A stretch of DNA of 64,000 nt. Origin: Flectonema sp. DT1601 (lineage: Eukaryota). A program made the position numbers and the translations under genes. Below, piece by piece: positions 36,844 to 47,444 of this stretch; within the stretch, counting starts at the first letter, position 1; each line of letters starts with the position of its first letter. The notes beneath the pieces are model-generated. The model made no database searches and was not told where the DNA came from. It saw nothing but the letters and a program-made list of their open reading frames with translations. Location: NCBI GenBank assembly GCA_964019425.1, contig OZ025782.1:62001-126000 (forward strand). The letters are read 5' to 3'.

Positions 36844-39078
36844 TTAAATTGACATCTCAGGTTCACTGCTACCTGATGATGAGGCACTACGAGAACGAAC
36901 GCTACACTTAGATCCTCTCCCATGTGATCTAGCTACGTATGGCATACTTGGATAAGCTTGATATTCGGATGATAACTCAGGCATGTCGATACAGATTTCC
37001 TGCTCATCAGAATTCAGCCCAGCTATACGACCTCCTCGTCTTGGCTGTCTTCTCAGACCTCTGTGTGCTCTGTGACATCCTTCCATTCCCCTAGGAAGAG
37101 GTTTTTCTTCTGGTTGTGATGCCTTGAAGTCAGTTGCATCCGAAAACGTAACCCTTTTTCTAATTATAATCCCCGCTGTGATCAGTATCATACTTCCCAA
37201 GACAATCGCCCACCAGTATTGCGATAACAACGACGACTCATCTTCAACAGGTGGCATTGTCTTTTCAACAGGAGGGAGTTCCGTAGAGACAGCGTTGACC
37301 TCCAAATCCTTCAACGCTACGAGTTGCGGGTCAGATGCATCGATTGCCCCTGAGGTACGAATCTGTTTTTGTTATTATTTATTGTCCCCTCCCCTGATAC
37401 TAACAATACTATAGTTTCCTCATACCTCATCTACGTTTGCATAAAGTTGAATAATCTTCTCATTGCGAACGACGTCGTCATTTTCGAGGATATCGAAATC
37501 AATCTGTTTGATGTGTTTTATTATTTGTTTCTATTTTGAGATGTTAATTTATAAATATTCCACAAAGTGCACCTGGTGATGCCTCACATGAGAAACAATT
37601 TACTTTAAGGGGACCCTACCATCTGTATTTCATCATTGACATACATATATCTCTTCCGCACCAGCGGTCATAGCATTTCTAAATCTGTTTGCTATGAGAC
37701 ACCCGAGTGATCTGCGATGGTTTAGAGTCGAAGGGCAGATTGATCTTGGACATGCTTTAACAGGGCAGCGTGAATAGATCTTTATTTGTGAAACTGTAGT
37801 GTTGCAAGCCTCAGCGAGCTTTGTCTGAAGTGTATCTGTGTCTAATGATACAGCTGCTAACAATCTAACTATCCGCTGTGATGCACAAGCAGAAGAACTT
37901 CTATCACAACCACCTTCTACAGAAGGAAGTTCACATCTATTATCTGAATGACGACACAGAACACTTGCATCACTAGTCGCACCACTTCCATAGGAGTAGC
38001 ATTTACACGCGTCTCCTGTTTTCCTTCTCCACGTAAATCCCTGCCGCCGCCTTTCCTTTGTGGGGCATTTCAGAGATCCCTTGTAGCAGTAGTCTCCCGG
38101 AACTACCAATGAAGAGCATATTCCACGGCTTACTCCGTACCCAGAGCAGTACCAGTTGCCTATTTTTGATACTTCATTGGTTTCGCTGTTACATCCGCAA
38201 GCTATTTTAAAAGCTTTCGCTATTCTCCTAGTAGGACTTGGGATTATTGTAGCATTCGAAGTAGGGACATCTGTTAGGATATCTGTGATCAGCGGGATGG
38301 CTGTGGAAAGAGTTGTTGGAATTGCAGTAACACCGATCGGGGTGATTGTTGGGACGCCAGTCAGAACATTTGACACTGGAAGGACCGTTGGCACAGCTGT
38401 CGGCTTCGCAGTTGGCGCAGCTGTTGGTGGTATCGTGGTTGGCACCGGCACAGCTGTTGGTGGTATCGTGGTTGGCACAAATGTTGGTATCGCGGTTGGC
38501 ACATATGTTGGTATCGCGGTTGGCACATATGTTGGTATCGCGGTTGGCACATATGTTGGTATCGCGGTTGGCGCCGCTGATTGAAATACGATAGGGGGCG
38601 GTTTTATAGGAATAATTGGGGGGGGCGGGCAATCAGGTAATGTCTTACTGTAAAAGCATTCCTGGCTACTGTAGCAGGCAGGAGGATACTTTTTGGCACC
38701 GGGGCTATTCACTGGTTCGCCATGTCCCGTTCCAACAAAATCGCTATGTGGCCATCCTCCAGGACCAAGGAAGGGAGGCTTCGGCAATTCATCTTTCCTA
38801 CCGAGAGCCACGTAATAGATAAAACAGCGATTCAAGAGAAGATCTACAGACCAGGCAATTATTTTAAATTCGGATGGATCCACAAATGACCCCTTCACTA
38901 ATCCAACAGCAAGTTCCATGCATTGCTTGCGAGGAGGTCTGCCACCAATTCCCGGAGTTCCTACCGACTTGTAGTCACCGTGAACCGAAAAACAAGGCCC
39001 ATTTGTCCTCGTCCATTTCGCCGCACTAGTGCCAATCAGCAGCGCTGAGAGTATCAGTAATTGTATTATTCTAAACAT
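36844..39078 (-). CDS. Type-I surface protein with mucin-like Pro/Thr stalk and Cys-rich modules, 3 exons (37645-39078, 37426-37503, 36844-37362)
   Basis: Signal peptide MFRIIQLLILSALLIG; two GT-AG introns join ORF 37633-39135 to ORF 36844-37314, which has TM YWWAIVLGSMILITAGIII. Confidence 0.8.
38471..38572. repeat. Coding 24 bp tandem repeat, ~4 copies (PTAIPTYV)
   Basis: GTTGGCACATATGTTGGTATCGCG at 38495, 38519, 38543 and one variant at 38471. Confidence 0.95.
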
Positions 39079-39220
39079 TAAGATTAACTTTGTTAGTTCC
39101 TTTAGCTTTCTTTTTTCCCCTCCCCCCTCCCTCAACGACTACCTATCTGGGAGAAATAGTTTTCAAACTAATAATCATCACAAAAATACTACCTCAAATA
39201 TAAAGTTATTTTAATAATTC

Positions 39221-39704
39221 TGCGGGAGCAATACGGCTCAACCCATTGTGGGAGCTAATGGCTCGACCAAGGTCTCGTATTCCAACGTCGCACGGGAGCA
39301 GTGGCTCAACCGGTGCCCAATACCTGCCTGAATGAAAAATGTTGGATTATCTTCGACATCTGCGGCTCAAACCAAATAAAGAATGTAAATCAAAGATGGT
39401 AGGAAACTACTACATCACCCTAGCCGCTACGACTGCATGCAACATATTATGAATTTATTCGAATACGTGAATTAGCTTAGGAGCAGTGGCTCAACTAAAC
39501 AATCCTGAAGCTGCTGCCAGCTCCAAGATAACTTGTTTAGGAGCAGTGGCTCAACTAAACAATCCTGGAGCTGCTGCCAGCTCAAGATAACTTGTTTAGG
39601 AGCAGTGGCTCAACTAAACAATCCTGGAGCTGCTGCCAGCTCCAAGATAACTTGTTTAGGAGCAGTGGCTCAACTAAACTAGTAGGAGCAATGGCTCAGA
39701 ACTA
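39221..39704. repeat. Array of GAGC-loop-GCTC hairpins including a 59-60 bp tandem repeat (~3.4 copies, 39477-39680)
   Basis: GAGC cores at 39226, 39252, 39296, 39481, 39541, 39600, 39660, 39686; second hairpin TGGAGCTG-CTGC-CAGCTCCA (or a one-base variant) in each tandem unit. Confidence 0.9.
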
Positions 39705-39714
39705 AATTACTTAG

Positions 39715-41105
39715 TTAGGCTACATAGTTGACCTGAAAAACTAAACTTTGTTCGTTATCTTATTTGCAAGACTAGATAAATAAACACATACATAAAGTTT
39801 CTCTTGAACTGTGTCGTCAAGAATTAGAGCATTAGACGTCCGTGAGCTAGTGAGGCAACCTTTCGATTGACGCTGGCTTAGAGTAGGTAAGCAGACTCCT
39901 GCTGGACAGGCCTCTTCAGGACAGCGAGACAAGATGTGAATCCTGTCTTCTTTAACACCACAAGCGTCAGCGAGCTTGGAACTTAACGTCCGTAGAGGGG
40001 ATGAAATAAGAAGACGGATAACTGTTGTTCCTGAACACGCATTAAAACCAGTCGCACATCTTCCGTTGATTTTTGGAAGTCCACAAAAGTTCCAACTCCA
40101 ACATAAAACAGCGTCACTGTCAACTGCACCATTTTGATAATTATTACATCCGCATGCCTTTCCTGAATTGCGATGCTTCGCAAAAATATTCAACTTCGTA
40201 GGGCATTTAACATAACCTGACGGGCACGTCGAACCTGGTGCTTGAGCTTCCAAACATATTCCTCTGACTATTCCGCGTCCTCCACAATACCAAAGTCCAG
40301 TATTAAGAATAGATGATGGGGTAAGACTACTACAAGAACATAATGCTTTAATAGATGATAATGTTTTATTAGAAGAAGCTGGGTGTGGAGTAGGTGAAGA
40401 TGCGACAGCGGCTGGTGATAATGTTGGTTCCGCAGTTGGAGTCGCGCAAGGAACAGCCGTTGGAACAGGTGTTGGAATAGGCGTAGGCCCAGGAGGCTGC
40501 ACTGTTGGTTGTGTTGTAGGAACAACCGTTGAAGTAGGTTTGGCTGTAAAACCAGGAGGCTGCACTGTTGCAGGAACAGACGTTGGAACTGCTGTCGGCA
40601 CACCAGTTGGGACAGTTGCGGGATCCGCTGTTGGAACCGATGCTGGAGCACCAAATGCCGGTAACTGACAGTACCGATTTCCCGCGAATACTCTCATACA
40701 ATGGATACCACTAAAACACTTTAGGGGATCCGCAGATTGGTTAGAAGGCTTTCCTGAGGTGTTAACTGGAGGTCCGTTTCCTGTTTTCCCTATAAAGTCT
40801 TCAAAGTCCCATGGTTTCCCAATGGGTTGTGGAACATTAAGAGTTGTAAGTGACTGATAGTAAACAGAACATCTACCATCCCTCCACCCAAATCCCCAAA
40901 CCTCAAATCCCTGTTCTTCGGCAACTCCAACAGCCAGAATCATGCAATCTCTTCCAACCATACTATTCATTCTGACTATCTTGTATTCACCATTTCCAGG
41001 TTTACAACGACCAAGTGTAATTGTCCATATAGGCAAGTTCGGCGGTACTGCACAAAGAACAAAGCCCACCAACACTACAAGTATAGCAGATCGTAAAAGA
41101 TCCAT
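39715..41105 (-). CDS. Paralogue of 36844-39078 that lacks the TM/tail exons locally (exon 39792-41105, then probably 39715-39732)
   Basis: Same domain order; shared motifs (GxWYCxGxG..RGIC, KAC.C..Y..GA..D..VLC, SRCP..ACP...C..TL..R.S.GCL); donor GTATGT at the homologous codon (EKLY| vs EEIY|). Confidence 0.75.
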
Positions 41106-41402
41106 TTGTAGTGAATCCTGTGTGTAGAATAATAAAAGTAATACCTTGTGTTACAGTATGGGACTCCTTATATCAATTTGTTTTGTATTCACTATCGTGA
41201 TGTAATACGTCTTCTGTCTGTCGAAAAAGTATAATTAATAACACAAATCACAATGCCTAAAACCTTATGGCAGGAGTACGCCTTGTAACTGCGCACGATT
41301 TCTTTTTTGACATTTTTACGATTCGTGCAGCCGAACATCAACCTGGCGAATAGCCGCAAGGTTCTAACAAATACTAAAGTAGACCGTGTAAACAACGTAA
41401 GT

Positions 41403-41669
41403 TCAGAATCCGGTTAGAGTTTCCGCCGCATCTCCCTTCTTACTGTTCATTGGTTTTATAACGCCGACACCAACAGTTGTATAAGCTCCTGATAGCTGTT
41501 AGGTTTAGATTAATGGTTTTTCATCTATGATGATTAACAACTGTCCGACAGAAATAAAACAACAAACCTTGATCGGAACACCACCATCATTCTTTATGGT
41601 GAGGTAACCAGGATATCTTAGTGTGGTCATCTTTCCTGGACCAACATTAACCTTTTCAACTTTTCCCAT
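41403..41669 (-). CDS. Candidate small two-exon gene, 64 aa (41568-41669, 41403-41495)
   Basis: Poly(T)CTATTCAG acceptor, ATG 17 nt later, AAG|GTTTGT donor and CTAACAG acceptor match the window's splice signals; not in the ORF track. Confidence 0.45.
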
Positions 41670-42639
41670 TATAATTTCGTGTGTAACTGAATAGAAAAAA
41701 AAAAAAAAAAACAGTCAGAGAACACTTCCACTTTGTGCAGATAGCTTTCCTTAAGAGACTTAAGTGGCTGCTCTTTATAAATAAATAATTTGACAATCGA
41801 GGATTTTTGTTTGATGACCTGAAGGAGATCTAACTCACCGTTCAGGTATCAACAATACTACGACAGCTACCGGTTTCCAAAAAAAAAGTCCAATTGAAAA
41901 AAAAAAAAAAAAAAAAAAAAACACCCTCAAAAAATGAGAAAACGCAAAGATAGAACTCGACAGAATTCTGGGGAAGTCGCAACTAATAACGGCTTTCAAT
42001 TTAAATAGTTTCTTCTCCCGACTACCGACTACTGATAACACGTCTTTTTGTCAATACGGTTATTCTCTTTGCGTTTCAAGGCAATTTACGGTGAGTTACG
42101 ACGTAACAAAACAAAAGTAAAAAAAAAAATACCAAAAAAAAAAAATTAAGTAAATCACCTCAGCGATTCAGTAAAAAGAATCTGAACAAACAAAAACGGG
42201 AACAAAATTTTATTTTATTAGGGCACTCACTTACGCGTTGAAATATCCCAAAAAAAAGTGCTTTTCCTTCATGAACAGCATCGGGAGAGAAGCGACAAGT
42301 CTGAGGATGTTATATCTCTGAGACGAGCAAGGAAAGCGATGATAAGGAAGGAATGTGTCGTCTTCACCTTATTATTCCGTTTTATTCGTCAAGGGAATCA
42401 TCTAAGCTCAAAAAGGATTAAAGTCAATAAAAAGAATGCACTATCAGGTGTGTAGCGTATGACATCTTCTACTGGATAAGATACAAACAGGTTGGTTAAT
42501 CATCACAAAACACAACCAAAAAAAAACGACAAGTCAAAATCATGAATAATAGAAGACAGACGAGGTTACGGAAACTAATAAAGAAGAAAGGAATCGCCAA
42601 GATTTAGAAAAAATAATAAACAACACAACTGAGAACCTG

Positions 42640-43698
42640 CTAAGAATTGTATGCTGACTTCACAGCAGATGCGTAGAAGCGAGACTCTGATTCGATACCA
42701 AAGTTGCTAATAACATGTACCTGCCCAGCCGATGAGATTGATGAGCAGTCCGAAGATATAATTTTAATTGCCTGATCAGCGAATGAATCCTCATCATGAA
42801 AGAACAACGCCGTGACGGAGTCTTCAGCGATCGCTAAATTCCCTGATATGGAACGAAGCAGAGCAGTGGTACCCAAACGCATTCCTTCCATAGCTGCTTG
42901 GGGCTGACCTTCTGATAAACTGCAATTTATGACAGCAGCTACACAGTCTTTTGTATACAACTCATGTAATTGTTGTTGTGATATCGCAGTGTTGTAACAA
43001 ACACCACTATGTTCTTCATTCTGGGATAGAAGTTCATCACCAGTATGGGAATCCAATACGGGACCAACAACAATGCAGTAGGCGTCTGGATACCGACTAT
43101 GGACCTTCTGGAAGGCTCTCACTAAAAATAATGGATCTTTAACAGGGCGAACTCCCATGGGAGCAATAAATAATTTAGAATTTGAATTAAGTCGATGTTT
43201 CGAAAAAAATGAACGGAGCAGGGATTGAACAGAATTGCCTTTGTGAATAGTTGAGGCAACAACAGCTTGGGGAGCAACGTTATATTCGAGGTTAGGAATG
43301 TCACCGAATGCCGCAATCGCTTTGTTTCTTAAGTCTTCGGAAAAGCAAACCGCTCTACAACTCCGTGCTAATACCTCGTTCATTAAATTCTTTTTGCTCT
43401 CATCGTTTACCATCTCATTAATATCAGTACCTCCGAAAACCGTAATATTCGTAACCTTCTTCCCTCGCATGTGTTTCAACAGTGTAATTCCTCCCTTGTA
43501 TGCGTGTAGGGTGACTGTTAGTTTTATACCTCTATTGCTTTCGAATTCAGCGAAAGCTTCAGATTGTTCTTTTTGAGTTTTATTTGAGTCAACCATTCCA
43601 ACTTCTCCGAAACCACATGTTGTCAAGTATCCTAATATTCGCTCTGTAGTAGTTATATTGCCAGATGCTTCGGTTAGTGGTGCTATGAATACAATCAT
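42640..43698 (-). CDS. GT-B fold glycosyltransferase, GLT1D1-like
   Basis: SGNITTTERI, VFGGTDIN, GVRPVKDPLFL, NCSLSEGQPQAAMEGM (EX7E). Confidence 0.85.
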   Translation of the reverse strand: MIVFIAPLTEASGNITTTERILGYLTTCGFGEVGMVDSNKTQKEQSEAFAEFESNRGIKLTVTLHAYKGGITLLKHMRGKKVTNITVFGGTDINEMVNDESKKNLMNEVLARSCRAVCFSEDLRNKAIAAFGDIPNLEYNVAPQAVVASTIHKGNSVQSLLRSFFSKHRLNSNSKLFIAPMGVRPVKDPLFLVRAFQKVHSRYPDAYCIVVGPVLDSHTGDELLSQNEEHSGVCYNTAISQQQLHELYTKDCVAAVINCSLSEGQPQAAMEGMRLGTTALLRSISGNLAIAEDSVTALFFHDEDSFADQAIKIISSDCSSISSAGQVHVISNFGIESESRFYASAVKSAYNS

Positions 43699-43960
43699 CA
43701 CAATGGAGGATCACCTGGAAGGGGGTGAAACTTTGACAATGTAAAAAACAGTAACAACTTTAGGAATTAAAAACAAAATTAATATCATCAAGTACTTGAC
43801 TGAAAAATATTTGTAGTTGCTAATCAAAGAAAATTACGTTTAGAAAAAAAAGAAAACATAAAAGGGAAAACTATATTTTTTGTCTTATCGACCAGAAGAC
43901 GTTGTCGAATCTGGTAATTCACAAACAACCATCATAATGGAAGATCACCTGGAAGGGGGT
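43691..43960 (-). mobile_element. Family A insert (43727-43924) between 36 bp direct repeats (43691-43726, 43925-43960; 3 mismatches)
   Basis: Same terminal sequence as the 25211 copy but longer; duplicated flank contains CCCCCTTCCAG acceptor and ATG of the glycosyltransferase gene. Confidence 0.75.
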
Positions 43961-44033
43961 AAATAATACTTTGGTTTTGCTTTAAATGAGTAACACAGCA
44001 ACTGAACATTCGTCCCTACAAAATTAGTTTCAT

Positions 44034-44831
44034 CTACATACCCCAAGCAGCCCAGTCAAAATGAGATTCACATTTCACTATATCTGAATCATCATGAAGT
44101 ACTCTGAAAAAGGGATGTCTGAGAGCTTCAATCGCAGTATAATTAGTAGACAGCAAACATCGAAAAAGGTTTCGAGCATCTACATCTGTTATGATATTCA
44201 AATGAAGGGCATACGGGTGTTCAAAAGTGTAAATATCTTGACTGTTACCATACATCTGAGTGAGCATTATTGCAATCTGTTCAAGGTCAGGGTTTGCACA
44301 GTCCGATGGAAGCGGAACTGAATTTGAAAAATCATTGATAAAAATATCATCATCAGAAGTAGCATCTACAAGGTCCCAATAGAGATTGCCATGAACCACT
44401 CCCGCAGAGTGAAGGTAAACCAAGCCTCTTATTGTACAATATAAAAAGTACTGAATATGGTGTGTAGTTAATGAGTGAGATAATAATATTCTCCCAAAAT
44501 TGGTGTCACCTTTCTTCCGTATGGCGATGTCAGGCTGGCCATCTCTCTTTATAATATTAGTAATAAGCCCAAGGTTGTCGTGTTTTCCCAAGTGTTTTTC
44601 CAAAGCAAGTTGTCTTTGCGTAATATTTTCCAATACAACTCCTTTTTGGGTGGAGTATCCCTTTGCTATTTGAAAAGTTTTTTCACCACGCTCAATCACT
44701 CCTTTTCCATTTCCAACAACAACACATTCTTCATCAAATATAAGTTTAATTTGAGTCGCGTCTTTGAATGTTATAGTGTACTCTCGTAGTTCAGTTGTGA
44801 TCTGCTTGAAGGGTGCAAGTTTATGTGGCAT
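44034..44831 (-). CDS. Short MAPK-like pseudokinase
   Basis: HIQYFLYCTIRGLVYLHSAGVVH and TAIEALRHPFF..LHD..D..C..FDW are MAPK-like; HRD is HGN, DFG is DFS, activation loop absent. Confidence 0.8.
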   Translation of the reverse strand: MPHKLAPFKQITTELREYTITFKDATQIKLIFDEECVVVGNGKGVIERGEKTFQIAKGYSTQKGVVLENITQRQLALEKHLGKHDNLGLITNIIKRDGQPDIAIRKKGDTNFGRILLSHSLTTHHIQYFLYCTIRGLVYLHSAGVVHGNLYWDLVDATSDDDIFINDFSNSVPLPSDCANPDLEQIAIMLTQMYGNSQDIYTFEHPYALHLNIITDVDARNLFRCLLSTNYTAIEALRHPFFRVLHDDSDIVKCESHFDWAAWGM

Positions 44832-45172
44832 TTTCAAGTACACTGAGAAAACAATATTGAACTTTTATACATCAATTCCTGAATTGGTCATAGTATATAT
44901 TTTAACTGATTTAAGAAAAAGGGTAATAGTAATGCATGCGATTCGTTTCATGTTAGTTAAGAGACCGAGACTAAGTCGTGTGGTCGGTGCTAATCGGAGC
45001 GTAAAGTGTCGGGATGAAATTTTCTTTTCCAAATTGTTCGCAAAAAAAATTTGCGAGTATTAACAAAAAAATGATAACGCACTATTGAGTCATGGTGCTA
45101 TGCTAGAAACTCAGCAGAGTTTTTTTTTCCCCCCCTAAAAAACCGAAAGGTTTTCGTATCAAAAAAAATAAA

Positions 45173-46300
45173 TTATTTTATTTTCATAGTCTGATTGATA
45201 TGGAAATACATCACATCACCATCCTGGACGTTATATAATGGGTCGAGTTTCTTGATATCTTTTTTAGGGATACCATCTGGATTTTTAATGTATTCTAAGA
45301 AAGGAGTGGCTTCGACTTTTTCAACTCTAAGAGGGAACTCAGAGTGGATAGCTCCACAAGCAGTACGAGCTGTAGCACCAGTATCGCAGTTCCAGGATCT
45401 GACTTCAAGGGGACCAGCAGTGAAGAAAGTCTGTTGATCCAGTGCTGAAAGAATTGATCGAGTAACGTCTTGTGCGTTTGCTTGCTGAATCCCAAACTCC
45501 TCGAGTAGGGAACTTCCCTCTTCTTCTCCCCATTGACGTGCTTCCATTTCAATTGCAGCTGATATTGTACATACTTTATGGTCAGGGTAGGCTTCTTTTA
45601 CTCTTTTAACGTGGTCGTTTTCACCTCCTGTTGATGCTGTTTCTTCATCGACATTGCAGACAAAAAGCATTTTTTTAAATGTTAATAACTGGATTGGTTC
45701 CAAGATCTCAAGCTCAGCATCTGTGAATTGATCTCTAACAGTATGTAACATGATGTTGTCGAGAAGTAGTTTTTCGCATTTTGAAATAGCGGATTCACGG
45801 ACATCCTTATCAGGTGAGTGTTTTTGTTTTTTCAGAGATTGTTTCTCAAGAGATTGTAAGTCAGATATGGTCAACTCATTATTAATTGTGCTAATGTCAT
45901 AAATAGGATCAACTTTTCCTTCCATGTGTACAATTGATTCATTATCGTAACACCTAACCATGTGCATTAGTGCTGAGCATTCTCTAACGTGGGACAGAAA
46001 CTTATTTCCGAGACCTTCTCCTGCACCCGCTCCCTTTACAAGTCCAGCGATGTCCCAGATGTCAACGTAAGATGGAACAATCTTCGCATTGTGGTGTTCT
46101 TTTACTTCTTTTTTTATTTGTTCTAGTCTACTGTCGACTACTTCGGCCTGTCCCATATTCGGATTGATAGTTACGAAGGGTTGATTTCCTGTCTCACCAT
46201 CTCCACCAGTCAGCGCATTGAATAGGGTTGACTTTCCAACATTGGGGAGTCCTACAATTCCACAACGGGCTCGGAGAAGGACTTGTGTTATTCTAAGCAT
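45173..46300 (-). CDS. ychF: YchF/OLA1 Obg-family ATPase, probably mitochondrial
   Basis: GIVGLPNVGKSTLFNALT, DIAGLVKGA..GEGLGNKFLSHVRE, NVDE G4 motif, TGS-like end YNVQDGDVMYF; presequence MLRITQVLLR. Confidence 0.92.
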   Translation of the reverse strand: MLRITQVLLRARCGIVGLPNVGKSTLFNALTGGDGETGNQPFVTINPNMGQAEVVDSRLEQIKKEVKEHHNAKIVPSYVDIWDIAGLVKGAGAGEGLGNKFLSHVRECSALMHMVRCYDNESIVHMEGKVDPIYDISTINNELTISDLQSLEKQSLKKQKHSPDKDVRESAISKCEKLLLDNIMLHTVRDQFTDAELEILEPIQLLTFKKMLFVCNVDEETASTGGENDHVKRVKEAYPDHKVCTISAAIEMEARQWGEEEGSSLLEEFGIQQANAQDVTRSILSALDQQTFFTAGPLEVRSWNCDTGATARTACGAIHSEFPLRVEKVEATPFLEYIKNPDGIPKKDIKKLDPLYNVQDGDVMYFHINQTMKIK

Positions 46301-47444
46301 TTTGATATCTGTGGGGATTGGTAGAAATGTAAAATTAAGTGGATACTACCGACCTATAGATTCCGGACATATCTTAACTATCTCTGTATGTTGTGAGAAT
46401 AATTTAAGATTAGATGGGTTCCGTAATTATTTCAAAAGTTTCGGAGTAATTGGGATACGTGTAAATGACAACAGGTCACAGTTAATGAACAACCCGTAAA
46501 CTCTTCCTAGTGAGTTGAGACTTACACCAGTACAAGCACATAACATGGTGCAAACTGATGACTTTTTTAAAAGGAAGAAAAATGATAACTAGGGTGGTTG
46601 AATAGGGTGGTGAGTTCTTTTAAGTGATGAAGGTAAAAATAATTGCAAGAAAATCGACTTCAAGAAGCAGCTGATTTTCAACAACCTTGTTGATCTATCA
46701 ACAGGATTGGTTTCCTTTTCTTGTACTTCTTTTATTTCTTTCTTTAATTATGTGTAAGGAAAAAGCCGCTCGAGTTTGTTTTCTTAGAAGTCCATACATA
46801 CGTTCATGAGACTGTTCCTATACCATGAAATCAAGTTGACCTTCTCAAGTTTACGACTACAAGACTAACACAGCAAACGGTTAACAGAGACGGCTGTTTG
46901 TGTAACTGAAGAGAGCGAAGAGAGAAAACGTTCAGGAAAACAGAGAGCATTCATGCTGAAAGTAGAAAACTGACAGAAACACTTGCGCATTCCCAACAAA
47001 AAAAAAACTTCACGTTTTGGGTTTGCGCAAGTGTCACCAATCATTTTCATGTAATCTACTTTCCTTGCTTGAATATGACAAAACGGGGATGGGTATTGAT
47101 CATTTCTTGCGAAAGGGAATGCCTTTTAATTTATAGATGATCGCAGTGTATTTGTTTTTGTTTACAGAGGTCAGGGAAAGTACCTGACGATATTTCATCA
47201 ATCCGAAGAACTGATGACGACTGACTACGAGGGGGTCTATCAGTAAGGACCGAAGATTGCAGTTTATAGCTTCGGCTGGAAATGATCGACTCCAACTCCC
47301 ACCTTGCCCAGAGGCTAACAGGTTGAAAACAACTAAAGAAAAAAGAGAAACGATCTGGGAGCGGGGGGGGGGAAGGTGACAAAATGAAACTTTTTTTTTA
47401 TTCCATGCGCAGCATCTTTATAATACGACCATATGTGCCATATG

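Noticed and set aside
38156..38632. Alternative-frame and antisense ORFs over the mucin repeats and other long genes
   Set aside because: Shadows of repetitive or stop-poor coding sequence.
39477..39680. CRISPR-like appearance of the hairpin repeats
   Set aside because: Intervening sequences are near-identical rather than unique spacers; no cas genes; eukaryotic context.
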